Positions 27,478 to 37,847 of a stretch of DNA of 64,000 nt are shown piece after piece. The notes under the pieces were generated by a model. The model saw only the letters and a program-made list of their open reading frames with translations. It was not told the DNA's origin and made no database searches. A program made the position numbers and the translations under genes. The DNA is from an uncultured Verrucomicrobiota bacterium (GTDB lineage Bacteria; Auribacterota; JABMQX01). The stretch covers positions 10,932 to 74,931 of the forward strand of contig CAYZXL010000017.1 of assembly GCA_964482435.1 (NCBI GenBank), in the 5' to 3' direction. How positions within the stretch are numbered: the stretch's first letter is position 1; every line of letters begins with the position of its first letter.

Positions 27478-27962
27478 TGGAAGCCAGCCTCTTGTCTGGC
27501 CTGGCCATCCAAACGACCCGGACCGCCCTCGCTCATTCGATGTCCTATCCCTTGACACTGTCTTTCGGCATTCCCCACGGACTGGCTTGTGGGTTCACGC
27601 TGCCGGCAGTTCTTGAGTTCAACGCGCAGGCCGATGATGGACGCCTCGCTCAGCTCGCCAAGGCCATGGGATTCCACTCCGTCTTGCTTCTCCGGGATGC
27701 TCTCCAGGAACTGCTCGTGGAGACCGGGACGGAGACACTTCTGAAGAGATATGTTTCCTGGATTGACGATTTAGCCAGGCTTGCTCCTCAGATGCTTCAT
27801 CGAGGCCGCGCCGACAACAACCTTCGGCCGGCGAACTTGCACGATGTGAGACAAATTCTTGCCGCCGCGGGCGCGGCGTTACATCTGAATCCCGCGCCGA
27901 GAGAAGTTCAAAATAGCGAGGCGACCGAACTCAGCCTCCCTGGACGCTCTTCTGCCACATAG
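27474..27962 (+). pseudogene. C-terminal fragment of an iron-containing alcohol dehydrogenase/dehydroquinate-synthase-like enzyme, abutting the DegT fragment
   Basis: ...ALAHSMSYPLTLSFGIPHGLACGFTLPAVLEFNA... resembles the Fe-ADH C-terminal His region. There is no N-terminal Rossmann part. Confidence 0.5.
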
Positions 27963-28383
27963 GGAAAGTTCATCCGGGCGGCTCCGTACGCTGAGGAAAA
28001 TCCTCTGCAGGAGACGGTCGAGTGATCCTGGCTTCGGTTTTGCCTCGGGTGACCTGGCGGGCCCAAGATAGGTGGGTTGTCCGTCGCGGGGGTGCCCCCG
28101 CAGAGCGCTTCTGTGCGGCGGGTCGGCTCCGAGAACGAAACCGATGAGCCATCCACGAACACTCGTTCAGAAGGTCCGGGCGCGTTGCCAGACAAGAGTG
28201 CCTCTTTGCTCTTTGAACAGCTCAGTGATTCCCTTTCCCGACAGAGCCTCGCCGTCCTACCGCACCGCCCGGAGCGGCTGTGATCGGCTCCGGTTCCGCA
28301 AAACAGCTCGAGCGTATGAAAATGTGCGTGGCGTCGTATCACGCTGCAGGGATGGGGAGGCCTCAAGGTATCAAGCGTGGCAG

Positions 28384-29637
28384 ATGGTGGTCGTGTTGCT
28401 CATGCTTAGCTCTTTTGTTTTTCCATCGCTGCTTGACTTCTTCTCTCTGGGCACCCCTTTCGGTAGCATCGGAAGTCGCCTCTCAATTCTCGGTGTGACA
28501 TTTGTCGTTGATGAGCTCATTGTCTTATTGGGGTTGTTTCCTTTGTTCCTTTCCGCGGCCCGCGAGAAACACCTGACCATTGACGGGCCCAGAATCATCT
28601 ACATGTTGTTTATGTTTTATCTCGTCAGTTCTTTCCTGCTGGATTATTTCCTTCGGAACCCCGAAAGGCATGACCTGGTTTTGAGAAACAGGTGGATCAT
28701 TCTCAACGGACTCTACTTTCTTGCGCCTGTTGTGGGGAAAACGGGCCCGGCTGCCGCCCATGAGGCCCTGATCCGGTACAGTAGGGTCGCCTTTCTGCTA
28801 GTTTGCTTAAAAATCTTGTTTGTCTTAGCAGTCGGGGCGGACTTTGACGAGGTTCTCTTGTCGAATGTCAACCCAGACTTCTCCACTTTCGCCACCGTCA
28901 TGTGCATGTCTGCTATTGCGCTATGGCAAAATCGGTTGCTTGTGGCAGTAGCGGTTTTCTTGGCCGGCGTGACGGCGATTCTGTCCGAACAGTTCTCTGC
29001 GATCGCTGCCTATGTCTTCTCGCTTCCATTGGGTTTGGCAGTGCGCTCGGTCGGGCGTGCGGCTTGGGTTCGGCACCTCTGGGTCCTGGTCTGTGGCGTG
29101 GTTTTCCTTTCTGTAGCGCTGTTGTTTGCCCTGACGGATGTTCAGGAAAAGTTTCTATTCTTGGCGACAGAGCGGTTTCACATGAATCCCTTATCCTTTT
29201 TGTCCTTCCGGGTCTCCGCCCACCATTACTTTTCCGCATGGAGTGCGGCACTCAGCGAGGTCTATCACCATTCCCTTTTGTTCGGCATGGGAATCGGAAA
29301 AAGTCTCTCATTCTATTCGATCCCACACTCACCAACAGGGTTCCACGTCGCTTATTCTTTAAACCTCATGCACAATATGTTTGTAACCGTGCTTTTTTCC
29401 TTCGGTCTGATCGGCCTTGCCCTTCTTCTGAGCTTACTCGTTGTTCTGCTCAGGAAACGTCAAGTCGAATCGAGAACGGGCTTTCCCGGTGGTGGTGTTC
29501 ATGCGCTCGTTCGGGCACTGGTTTTCCTGTTTCTGCTGAACTTCATCACCTCGCCGGGAGAATGGAAGTTGAGACAGGGAGTCCCGTTCTGGCTCCTCCT
29601 TGGGATGTTGTCTGAACTGCGAGTTCCCCGCCGATAG
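28384..29637 (+). CDS. wzy: Wzy-like polysaccharide polymerase / O-antigen-ligase-family membrane protein. The ORF is open from 28072; ATG 28384 is the likely start
   Basis: About 10-12 predicted TM helices and a large loop (RFHMNPLSFLSFRVSAHHYFSAWSAAL..GMGIGKS) typical of the Wzy_C/O-antigen-ligase family. Confidence 0.6.
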   Translation: MVVVLLMLSSFVFPSLLDFFSLGTPFGSIGSRLSILGVTFVVDELIVLLGLFPLFLSAAREKHLTIDGPRIIYMLFMFYLVSSFLLDYFLRNPERHDLVLRNRWIILNGLYFLAPVVGKTGPAAAHEALIRYSRVAFLLVCLKILFVLAVGADFDEVLLSNVNPDFSTFATVMCMSAIALWQNRLLVAVAVFLAGVTAILSEQFSAIAAYVFSLPLGLAVRSVGRAAWVRHLWVLVCGVVFLSVALLFALTDVQEKFLFLATERFHMNPLSFLSFRVSAHHYFSAWSAALSEVYHHSLLFGMGIGKSLSFYSIPHSPTGFHVAYSLNLMHNMFVTVLFSFGLIGLALLLSLLVVLLRKRQVESRTGFPGGGVHALVRALVFLFLLNFITSPGEWKLRQGVPFWLLLGMLSELRVPRR

Positions 29638-30712
29638 GAAAGTGCTCATCCTGGATACAAGCAACAACTACTTCGGGGCGGAGGTGAGCCTGCTCGTTCT
29701 TCTCCGGGCGCTGAGGCCGAACTCGTTTGACCTGGTTATCCAGAATGAACCCGGGGATTTTGAGGAGAGGCTGCAATTGGAGGGGATACCCTACCGGAAG
29801 ACCCAGATGACCCTGTCGCCAAGGCGAAAGGGGTTTCTCGGGACGGTGAAGGCGCTCGACAAACTGATCTCCACTCGTGGCCATACGATTGTGTATGCAA
29901 ATAACGACGACGGGTCCATGCTGCTTGCGGCACTCAAGCTTCGGAGATTCATGACAATCAAGACGTTTGTCCATATGAGGATGAAGCCGGGGAACGGTGA
30001 CTATCTGCGCCGGTTGATGTTCCTCCACAACGGAGTCATTGCCAACTCAAAGTTCGTTGCCGGCGCGTTGGCGGCTGCAATCCCCTGGACCCCGGCAAAC
30101 ATCAGGGTGATTTATAACAGCCACGCCAGACGCGGCGTCCTCCCTCCATCGCGGGGGAGAAAGGGACCGAAGGTTCTTCTGAGTCTGGGAAGATTGAGCC
30201 CACAGAAGAGCCAGTTGGAAGTCCTGAAAGCGTTGGTGCAAAATGGGGTGATGGAGGAAATTGACACTTACTACTTGGTGGGAGCAGGCAAAGCCGCGGA
30301 CCCGGGCTACCAGAAGGAAATTGAAGCATATATTGAGGAGAAGGGTCTCGGCCAGAAAGTCGTTCTTGTGCCGTTCACACACGACCCCGACCCGTACTAC
30401 GCGCGGGCGACATTAGTGATCGTTGCTGGTGTGGGCGAATCGTTCGGGCGCGTGATTATCGAGGCGGGGTTCTGGAGAATTCCAGCCATTGTCAGAAATT
30501 CCGGGGCTCTTCCGGAACTCGTGGAGCACGGGTATACCGGCCTTGTCTGGGATGGCTCGCCCTCTCAATTAGCTTTGCATGTCCGAGCGGTCTGTTCAGA
30601 CGAGCGCTACGCGGAGCTTCTCGGGAATCGTCTGCACGAGGAGGTGATGTTGAAATACAGCGACGAGAGGTACGTGAGCTCCCTGATGAGATGTTTCGGT
30701 GAAGAAGGCTGA
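29600..30712 (+). CDS. Glycosyltransferase family 4
   Basis: ...GESFGRVIIEAGFWRIPAIVRNSGALPELVEHGYTGL (GT4 E..E motif region). Confidence 0.75.
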   Translation: MGCCLNCEFPADRKVLILDTSNNYFGAEVSLLVLLRALRPNSFDLVIQNEPGDFEERLQLEGIPYRKTQMTLSPRRKGFLGTVKALDKLISTRGHTIVYANNDDGSMLLAALKLRRFMTIKTFVHMRMKPGNGDYLRRLMFLHNGVIANSKFVAGALAAAIPWTPANIRVIYNSHARRGVLPPSRGRKGPKVLLSLGRLSPQKSQLEVLKALVQNGVMEEIDTYYLVGAGKAADPGYQKEIEAYIEEKGLGQKVVLVPFTHDPDPYYARATLVIVAGVGESFGRVIIEAGFWRIPAIVRNSGALPELVEHGYTGLVWDGSPSQLALHVRAVCSDERYAELLGNRLHEEVMLKYSDERYVSSLMRCFGEEG

Positions 30713-31919
30713 CCGGAGTGTATGCCCTGACGGCAGTGCGAGAGATGGGCGGTCGAGCATGAGGATATGTCTTTTCACCATAAGTCCGAAAAAGGGCGGG
30801 GGAGTCATAAGAAAGACCATCCTGCTCGTTGACTATCTGACCAGGGCTGGATGCGAGGTGGACTGGTACTATCCTCGTTCCCCTGGAAGGTACCCCCCAT
30901 ACGTGGAGAGTTTTCTGAGTGACGGGAAGGTGAAAGTCAAAGAGATCTTTGCCTTCCCGGGCGTTCGCGTTTTGGATGCTCTTGACCCTTTTTCTCAGGT
31001 ACCGAGGCGCTGCGATATCCACCAAATTGTAAGTGGCTTTTGTCTGGACGGTATGCTGTTCCAGAGAAAGGGCTTGCCATATTTCTGCTGGGTGGCTTCC
31101 ACGATAACCGAAGAGAAGCTCGGCGTTGCTAAGTTCCACGGCATCCCAAAGGGGATTATCACCCGATTCAACCTCAAGCTCGGCTTAGTTCTGGAGCGAA
31201 AGTACGCAAAGACAGCGTACATGCTTTTTGCCAATTCCGCCTCGACCCGGGACGCGCTCCTGCGCGAATTTGGCCTGCCCGACGAAAAAGTGAAAGTGGC
31301 TTACCCGCCTGTGGACACGGAGCTCTATCGCTACTTTCCCCAGGAAAAGCGAGACCCGAACAATCCCTACATCTTGTTCATGGGAATCTTCAGCCCCAGG
31401 AAGAACCTCGAGCTTCTCCTTGAGGCGTTCAGCATCGTTTCCAGACGGAAGAAAAATGTCCAGCTTTTGCTCGTCGGGAAATCGGGGAGATTTCTCCCTG
31501 AGTATCGCAGGAAGTGCCAGCGACTGAAGATAGACAGGAAAGTTGCCTTCGTGGGGGAGGTGAAAGATAACGTTCTGTATTTCCAGCACGCACTTGCAAC
31601 CGTCCTTCCTTCGAAGCAGGAAGGGTTTGGAATGGTCCTGGCGGAGTCGCTGGCCTGCGGCACACCGGTCATTGCCACGAAGTGCGGGGGAACCCGGGAA
31701 ATCGTGGACCATCGGGAAAACGGGTACCTCACTGACCCCGACAAACCGGGGCAAATGGCCAATTATCTTCTAACACTCATCGAAAGCCAGCCCCTGAGAA
31801 GCCGCATGGGGAAACGAGGTCGAGAAAAGGTGGAGAAGCTCTTCTCCGTTGAGGCGGTGGGGAGGCAATTTCTTTCTGAATATGAGGGTTTCCTGCGCAA
31901 CAGGAGGACGGAACGATGA
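30699..31919 (+). CDS. Glycosyltransferase family 4
   Basis: ...PSKQEGFGMVLAESLACGTPVIATKCGGTREIVDHRENGYL. Confidence 0.8.
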   Translation: MKKADRSVCPDGSARDGRSSMRICLFTISPKKGGGVIRKTILLVDYLTRAGCEVDWYYPRSPGRYPPYVESFLSDGKVKVKEIFAFPGVRVLDALDPFSQVPRRCDIHQIVSGFCLDGMLFQRKGLPYFCWVASTITEEKLGVAKFHGIPKGIITRFNLKLGLVLERKYAKTAYMLFANSASTRDALLREFGLPDEKVKVAYPPVDTELYRYFPQEKRDPNNPYILFMGIFSPRKNLELLLEAFSIVSRRKKNVQLLLVGKSGRFLPEYRRKCQRLKIDRKVAFVGEVKDNVLYFQHALATVLPSKQEGFGMVLAESLACGTPVIATKCGGTREIVDHRENGYLTDPDKPGQMANYLLTLIESQPLRSRMGKRGREKVEKLFSVEAVGRQFLSEYEGFLRNRRTER

Positions 31920-32776
31920 GAGCCGAGGTGAGGAGGATCCTGGCTTGTCCCAAATGCAAGAGCCGGCTTGGCTTCACGGAAACAAGGGCCCTCTGCTTGA
32001 ACGGAACCTGCAAGAAATCCTTTGCCGTAAAAGAAGGGGTCCCCGTTATGGTGGCCGATGAAGGCGCGTTTTTCCGTCGAGACCGGGACCTCAGGTGGGA
32101 CAATGCTGCCTGGGTGCATACGGCGAGGAGGCTCTACAGGAAGCTGTCCAGTAGTCATACCTTCAAGAGTAGGAAGAGCCGAGGCATGATACCGCGTCTC
32201 CTCAAGAATTTGTCGGCTGATCACGTGGCCGTAAATGTAGGTTCCGGAAGAACAGCATATTCCATCCGCGTCGTAAATGTTGACATCTTCCCCTACGACA
32301 ACGTTGACATTGTTGGAGATGCGTGTGAGTTACCCGTCGCTGACGACTCTGTGGACCTCGTGATCTCCCAGGCGGCTCTCGAGCACATCCAGGACCCCCG
32401 AGCCAGTATTGCAGAAATGAAGCGGATTTTAAAAAGGGACGGAAAAGTCTACTGCGAGGTCCCCTTTATGCAGCCGTTTCATGCGGACCCAAACGACTAC
32501 TATCGTTTCACGTTGACCGGTATTGAAGAGGCCTTCAGGGAATTCACGATTCTGGAAAAAGGGGTGGTTGTTGGGCCAAGTTCCGCGTTCTCGCTGATTC
32601 TTCGGACCTACGTTGCTCTTTTGTTCTCCTTTGGGAACACACTGGTTTTTCATTTCCTCGGGCTACTTCTCGGCTGGATCACTCTTCCCATCAAATACCT
32701 CGATGTCTTTCTCGAGAAGAACAGCTTGGCATACCGTATGGCCAGTGGTATCTACGTTTTAGGGGTCAAGAAGTAG
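31916..32776 (+). CDS. SAM-dependent methyltransferase with an N-terminal Trm112-like zinc ribbon
   Basis: N-terminus ILACPKCKSRLGF...CLNGTCKKSFAVKEGVPVM (Cys4 ribbon). Then VNVGSGRTAYSIRVVNVDIFP...DDSVDLVISQAALEHI...ILKRDGKVY (MTase type 11). Confidence 0.7.
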   Translation: MRAEVRRILACPKCKSRLGFTETRALCLNGTCKKSFAVKEGVPVMVADEGAFFRRDRDLRWDNAAWVHTARRLYRKLSSSHTFKSRKSRGMIPRLLKNLSADHVAVNVGSGRTAYSIRVVNVDIFPYDNVDIVGDACELPVADDSVDLVISQAALEHIQDPRASIAEMKRILKRDGKVYCEVPFMQPFHADPNDYYRFTLTGIEEAFREFTILEKGVVVGPSSAFSLILRTYVALLFSFGNTLVFHFLGLLLGWITLPIKYLDVFLEKNSLAYRMASGIYVLGVKK

Positions 32777-33964
32777 ATGGCGATAAGGGTCCTTCATGTT
32801 GTGGACCTGTCCAAGGCCGGTGGCGTACAGGTCATGTTCATGCAGTTCCTCGCCTTGGCAGTACGTTGGGATTCCTTTGTTCATTATGTCTATGCTTTGC
32901 GGATCACCGAGGAAAGGAAGGATGAGCTTCGACGAGTGGGTGTTCGATGCTACTTTCCCCGCTGGAATGGGGATTATGACCTGTGGAACAGACTGCGCAT
33001 CGCCTCGGTAATCCGAAGGGAAAGCACAGATTACGTTTGGGGACAGAACTTCACGGGGAATCTGTGGGCAGCTGTGGCGAGACTCCTTTCATTTTCACGT
33101 GTCACTCTCCTCACCCATGAGCACGGCTCTTCTTGGAATGTCCGGGGGATTCGCCTGATTCTTTCGAAGTTCTGGGCGCTTTTGAGCGACCGCATTCTCT
33201 GCAACTCGAGCGCCGCGGCTTGTGTCGTGAGCCAACGGTTGAAAGTCAAGGCACCAATAAGCGTGGTAAGAAATGGGGTCCGGGCGGAGCCCTGCTGTCC
33301 AGAAGGGCGGCTGAGGCAAATAATCAGAACAGAACTCGGATTCAGGGGCAACGAGCAAGTGGCGATGTTTGTCGGACGCCTTGAGTATTTGAAAGGGGTC
33401 CACACCTTGATTGCGGCGGCAAAGCTTGTCGCCCGAGAGCTCCCCACGGTCCGGTTTCTCATCGTCGGGTCCGGATCGATGGAACAGGAATTGAAGGAGC
33501 GGCTCAAAGTAGCAAGTATCTGTGAAAAGGTCCGGTTCCTCGGGTTCCGATCCGACGCCGCCCAGCTCATGTCCGTCTCAGACATGGTTGTCCTGCCCTC
33601 CATTCGAGAACCTTTTGGAAACGTCCTTGTGGAAGCGGGTTTTGCAAGACGCCCCGTGATCGCCACCAAAGTGGACGGAGTCGTCGAAATCGTCGAAGAC
33701 GGCAAAAGTGGGATTCTACTTGATCCCACTGTCGCCGTGTCCAAGAAAGCCAGGAAGCGTTTGCCGAGATATGTCTATCATCCGGGGTCCGGCAGATTGG
33801 TATCCCCACGTGAACTGGACCCTGCTCGCTTGGCGGAGAGCATCATCTTTTTGGCCCGGAATCCTCTCCTGGCAGCGAAAATGGGCGATTATGCTTATCA
33901 GCTTGTTTCGGCGCGCTTGAGCATTGACCAATACGCAGGCAGACTGAGAAAGCTGTTCAATTGA
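32777..33964 (+). CDS. Glycosyltransferase family 4
   Basis: ...FVGRLEYLKGVHTLI...FLIVGSG...PSIREPFGNVLVEAGFARRPVIATKVDGVVEIVEDGKSGIL. Confidence 0.75.
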   Translation: MAIRVLHVVDLSKAGGVQVMFMQFLALAVRWDSFVHYVYALRITEERKDELRRVGVRCYFPRWNGDYDLWNRLRIASVIRRESTDYVWGQNFTGNLWAAVARLLSFSRVTLLTHEHGSSWNVRGIRLILSKFWALLSDRILCNSSAAACVVSQRLKVKAPISVVRNGVRAEPCCPEGRLRQIIRTELGFRGNEQVAMFVGRLEYLKGVHTLIAAAKLVARELPTVRFLIVGSGSMEQELKERLKVASICEKVRFLGFRSDAAQLMSVSDMVVLPSIREPFGNVLVEAGFARRPVIATKVDGVVEIVEDGKSGILLDPTVAVSKKARKRLPRYVYHPGSGRLVSPRELDPARLAESIIFLARNPLLAAKMGDYAYQLVSARLSIDQYAGRLRKLFN

Positions 33965-34000
33965 CCCAAGCCCACATCGCTCGTTACAGAATCTGTTAAG

Positions 34001-35233
34001 GTGAGAATCTGTAGGGTCAGTATTTCCTATCCGCGCGCAAAGGCTCCTGGGGGCGGGTTGGTGCCGTATTTTCTCGCTAAGTACATTCCGGAAGACACCC
34101 TCTACCTGACCAGGAAGGACGATTCGCCGCGACGACCGCCCCCCAGACATGTCGTCGTAAAAGAGATTGCTTTCAAGGACAACCTCACACCGGCAGGTTT
34201 GAGAGACGCGCTTCAGGCTCCGCCCAGCCTAAGGCGTTTCAGCCGAATCCGCTTGAATCTGAGATTAGTCGCCACTATGAGGAGCGTTGTCTTTCTCATC
34301 AAATCAATACCGGCACTGATTGCGTTTCGTCCGCACATTGTCGCCTGCCATCAATCCGTGACCATCCTGCACGGCATCTTTGCGAAATACGTGCTCGGCT
34401 CAAAATTCGCCCTGCACATCCACAACAACTCAGAAATCGCCGTGATGCAAAACCTCCGGCTACTCCGAGGTCTGGTTCGCAAAGCGGACCGAATATTCTG
34501 CCTCACGCCATCCATGGCGGAATTGCTTTGCGGTGTCGTCCCCTCGGCGGCATGGAAGGTCCGTTGCACATCTACCGGCGTGGACCCACTGCTGTTCAGG
34601 AATACGGGTAGGCCAAGAGAAAAGCAGATCATCGCAATCGGCCGGCTCAGCCCCGCGAAAGGCTATCTGCATTTGCTCGACGCTGTATCGGAGGTGTTTC
34701 AGAGGTATCCAGACTACAAACTAATAATCGTTGGCGAAGGTCCCGAAAGAAAGAGAATGCAGAAACAGATCCGAGACGCGGGCCTCTCCAGAAAAGTCAG
34801 GTTCACAGGAGCCCTCCCCCAGGAGCGCGTCGCCGAGCTCCTCAACAGGAGTCGTGTTTTCGTGATGTCTTCCGTGACGGAGGGGCTGCCCAAGGCCCTC
34901 CTCGAGGCTCTCTCCTGCGGGACACCCGCTGTGGTCACGACAGCTTGCAACGCCGATACCATAGTTCGTGGCAGAGGTATCGTCGTACAAAGCGGATCTC
35001 CTCACGCGATGTCGGATGCCATCATGAAAATGATAAGTGACAGGGTGTACTGGGAAACATGCTCCATAAACTGTACCACCGTTCGCCAAGAGTTTTCTTG
35101 GGAAACTGTCGCGGGACTTCTCCGTCGTGATTACGAGGCGTTGTTACACGACCGCCGCCACCGGATGTCGGGTGCTTTACGCTCAGGACCCTTGGCGGAT
35201 GTGAAGTGCCATCAACGTGGGTGTAGCGGCTGA
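34001..35233 (+). CDS. Glycosyltransferase family 4
   Basis: ...IGRLSPAKGYLHLLDA...LIIVGEGPE...SSVTEGLPKALLEALSCGTPAVVT. Confidence 0.75.
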   Translation: MRICRVSISYPRAKAPGGGLVPYFLAKYIPEDTLYLTRKDDSPRRPPPRHVVVKEIAFKDNLTPAGLRDALQAPPSLRRFSRIRLNLRLVATMRSVVFLIKSIPALIAFRPHIVACHQSVTILHGIFAKYVLGSKFALHIHNNSEIAVMQNLRLLRGLVRKADRIFCLTPSMAELLCGVVPSAAWKVRCTSTGVDPLLFRNTGRPREKQIIAIGRLSPAKGYLHLLDAVSEVFQRYPDYKLIIVGEGPERKRMQKQIRDAGLSRKVRFTGALPQERVAELLNRSRVFVMSSVTEGLPKALLEALSCGTPAVVTTACNADTIVRGRGIVVQSGSPHAMSDAIMKMISDRVYWETCSINCTTVRQEFSWETVAGLLRRDYEALLHDRRHRMSGALRSGPLADVKCHQRGCSG

Positions 35234-35243
35234 GGAACAGAGC

Positions 35244-35262
35244 AGCGGAAAGTCCGCTTTCG
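35244..35262 (+). terminator. Weak candidate rho-independent terminator after the GT4 gene
   Basis: gcgga-aag-tccgc stem-loop followed by ttt, 12 nt after the stop at 35231-33. Confidence 0.2.
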
Positions 35263-35475
35263 GGTCACCTCGAGCATGGAGAACGCGTTCCCGGGGTTTA
35301 GCAGACCATAAAAGCTGCCAGAGAAAGACACGAAGGAATTGAGAAGAAGGGACTTATCGGTTTCTTTTCAGAGGTGGATACCCTCATCCACAACCGTTTC
35401 CCGTGTATCGTCGTCCATGCAGAAGAATGGAACTCTGTGTCCAATCGCGACGGCCCAAGCCAAAGGGGAGAATCC

Positions 35476-36295
35476 GATGGCAACAAGATTACAGTTTGGC
35501 GCGAAATCGCTTCGAGACCTGGACCCGAAAGTGTTGCCGGTGTTCCTCAACAAAACATGGGTACACCTTGGCGCAGACTTGTGCGATGAGAGAATACAAC
35601 CCAGCAGTCGTTCAATCCCCCCTTTACGTGAAGTTTTTCGCAGACACTCCATCGGGTACATCCTGAAAACGACCGCTCGTCTCATCCGCAGGAAACGTAT
35701 TCACCTGCTGAAAAAATCACAGGATATAGACCTGAAGAAGGACCAAATCTTCAGGCTAACGAATTTCCAGGAATTCTACTATAGAAAGGGAGATATATTG
35801 GAGTTTTCGGATAATTCTATTGACTTTGTTTTCTCCGAACATTTTTTTGAGCACCTATTCTTTGATGAAGCATTATCACTCTTGAGAGAATCCCATCGAA
35901 TTTTGAAGGATTTTGGCGTCATACGTACGTGTGTTCCCGATGCCGACTTGAGAACATACGAGGCTCCGGAATCCGTTGGGTGGCCAGACCGAAAGTTGCC
36001 TTACACCCACCCTGACAAGCACAAATCTCGATGGTCTGTATACTCATTATCAGAGCTTCTTAAGGTTGCAGGCTTCAAGCCCGTTCCTCTGCGCTATTGC
36101 GATAAACACGGCAACTACAACCGCATTCATCCAGCTCACATCAAGCAGACCTATTACAGATGTCCTGATCCTGAAGTCGTTTTCACTCTCGACTACGTAA
36201 GCAGGAAGAATTCACTCATAATAGATGGAATCAAAATGCCAGACCGTTCGGACTTCACCTCGGGACCGTCGAGGAGAGAAGGAGATGAGGATTGA
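35476..36295 (+). CDS. Putative SAM-dependent methyltransferase-like protein. The ORF is open from 35339; ATG 35476 with RBS aggggag is the likely start
   Basis: ...NSIDFVFSEHFFEHLFFDEALSLLRESHRILKDFGVIRTCVPDAD is the MTase-type motif II/III region. No other recognisable domain. Confidence 0.5.
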
Positions 36296-36516
36296 GTCTT
36301 CCGCATAAAAGACGGTGGCGGGCGCGTAAGGGGCTTTGCTGTGAGGCTTCCCCCAGGGGGCACCGCGGAGCATCTCAGCCGCGAGCATAGCAGCATGTGA
36401 CCCTACCTTCAGTTTCACAGGCGACGCGCTTTATGGCAAGATTGCCGGCTGCTCAGTAAAGGGTTGCTTACCCTAACAGCGGATTTCTCAACCAGGTTTG
36501 GAGAGATGGAGTATTT

Positions 36517-37422
36517 TTGGCAGCGGAACAGACGCCTATGATTCGGCATCGCAGCGCTAAGACAGGTGCCTTGAACCTGCGCGACACCTACACCACAGAA
36601 AAGGCTCGTAGCGATTTGGTCTGTCACTTGTGGGTATATCTCGTGCTGCGGCCTGTCTCGTTTCATCTCACCTCTGCTCTAATCCGGATAGGGGTTAGCG
36701 CCAACTTGTGCACGTTGGCGGGATTTATCTTCCTTGTTTCTGGCATGGCGCTGGTCTTGCTTGGATTCATGAGCAACGTGAATCTCGTTCTCGGGGCGGT
36801 ACTTCTCAATGTTTGGTACCTGTTTGACGTGATCGACGGCAACATAGCCCGCTTTCAAGGTCAAGACAGCAAATTCGGGGCGTTACTCGACTGGTTTGTT
36901 GGAATGGTGTATGCCACGCTACTGCCTGTGTGTCTGGGGGTAGCCCTGTATCTGATAAGTCTTAGTAGGGATGTGTTCGATTTTGGGCTGGGCCTCCCCA
37001 ACTGGGCCTGGTTAGCCGTAGGGGGCGTTGATTCGTTTTCTCACCTTCTGCGAAACATCGTGAGTATGCAAGGTCGAACGATTCTCGGCGAACCGTCAAC
37101 TTATGCAGTCAACGCGGAAGTAAGCATCGGCGCCATCATCCCCAGGGCCATTCTTAGCTTCCGGTTGCCACTGTTTTTAGTGGCATCCGTTCTTGGGTGT
37201 TTGGGTGCTTTATTCATTCTATACTCTGGCTACAACCTGGCCAGCTTTCTTGCGGTTGTCTTCGTCTTTTTCCGAAAGGCACGCATTGCTGACAGGAATC
37301 GGTCACGCGAAAAGGAGCAGCCACAGCCTCCCGATACGGCTTCCCGCCCTTGTCCGTCCCCAGCTACTACTTTTACGCAACGGCCGATGGAACGCCACGA
37401 TCGGGCGCGGGGAAGTTCCTGA
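36517..37422 (+). CDS. CDP-alcohol phosphatidyltransferase family membrane protein
   Basis: Signature D-x2-D-G-x2-A-R...G-x3-D-x3-D: YLFDVIDGNIARFQGQDSKFGALLDWFVGMV. Multi-TM. Confidence 0.7.
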   Translation: MAAEQTPMIRHRSAKTGALNLRDTYTTEKARSDLVCHLWVYLVLRPVSFHLTSALIRIGVSANLCTLAGFIFLVSGMALVLLGFMSNVNLVLGAVLLNVWYLFDVIDGNIARFQGQDSKFGALLDWFVGMVYATLLPVCLGVALYLISLSRDVFDFGLGLPNWAWLAVGGVDSFSHLLRNIVSMQGRTILGEPSTYAVNAEVSIGAIIPRAILSFRLPLFLVASVLGCLGALFILYSGYNLASFLAVVFVFFRKARIADRNRSREKEQPQPPDTASRPCPSPATTFTQRPMERHDRARGSS

Positions 37423-37847
37423 GCTCTCCCACTCCTTTTTGACCGAATATCCAGAGCCTCTCCCATGCAGCACAAAACTCAGCCTCGCCGAAAGCAGGGT
37501 TTTAGCCCACAAGTGAACCCGAGGTCCCCAAGTCACGCCGAGGCAACGCACGAGAATTCAAAAAGATGGGAAGAAACAGGTGACAGATTTGAAGCGCAGT
37601 TCGGCGGATATAGCGGTGTTCTATCTATCTCTGGCAGAACGCAGATAACTCGAAGAAGGGCTTATACAATCGTGGGACTCACCGATTATTACCCTGGGCC
37701 CTTACCGTGAGCGCGTCGAAGAGGAGGCCAGAAAGTAACCCGCGACCAAGTAGGTGGAAACGGTGTGCGAGGCGATCGAAGTGAGTGCGAGAGAGGCGAG
37801 TCTCAAAAGAAGGGCCGCACGGACAAGACGGCAAATGAGATAGCAAG

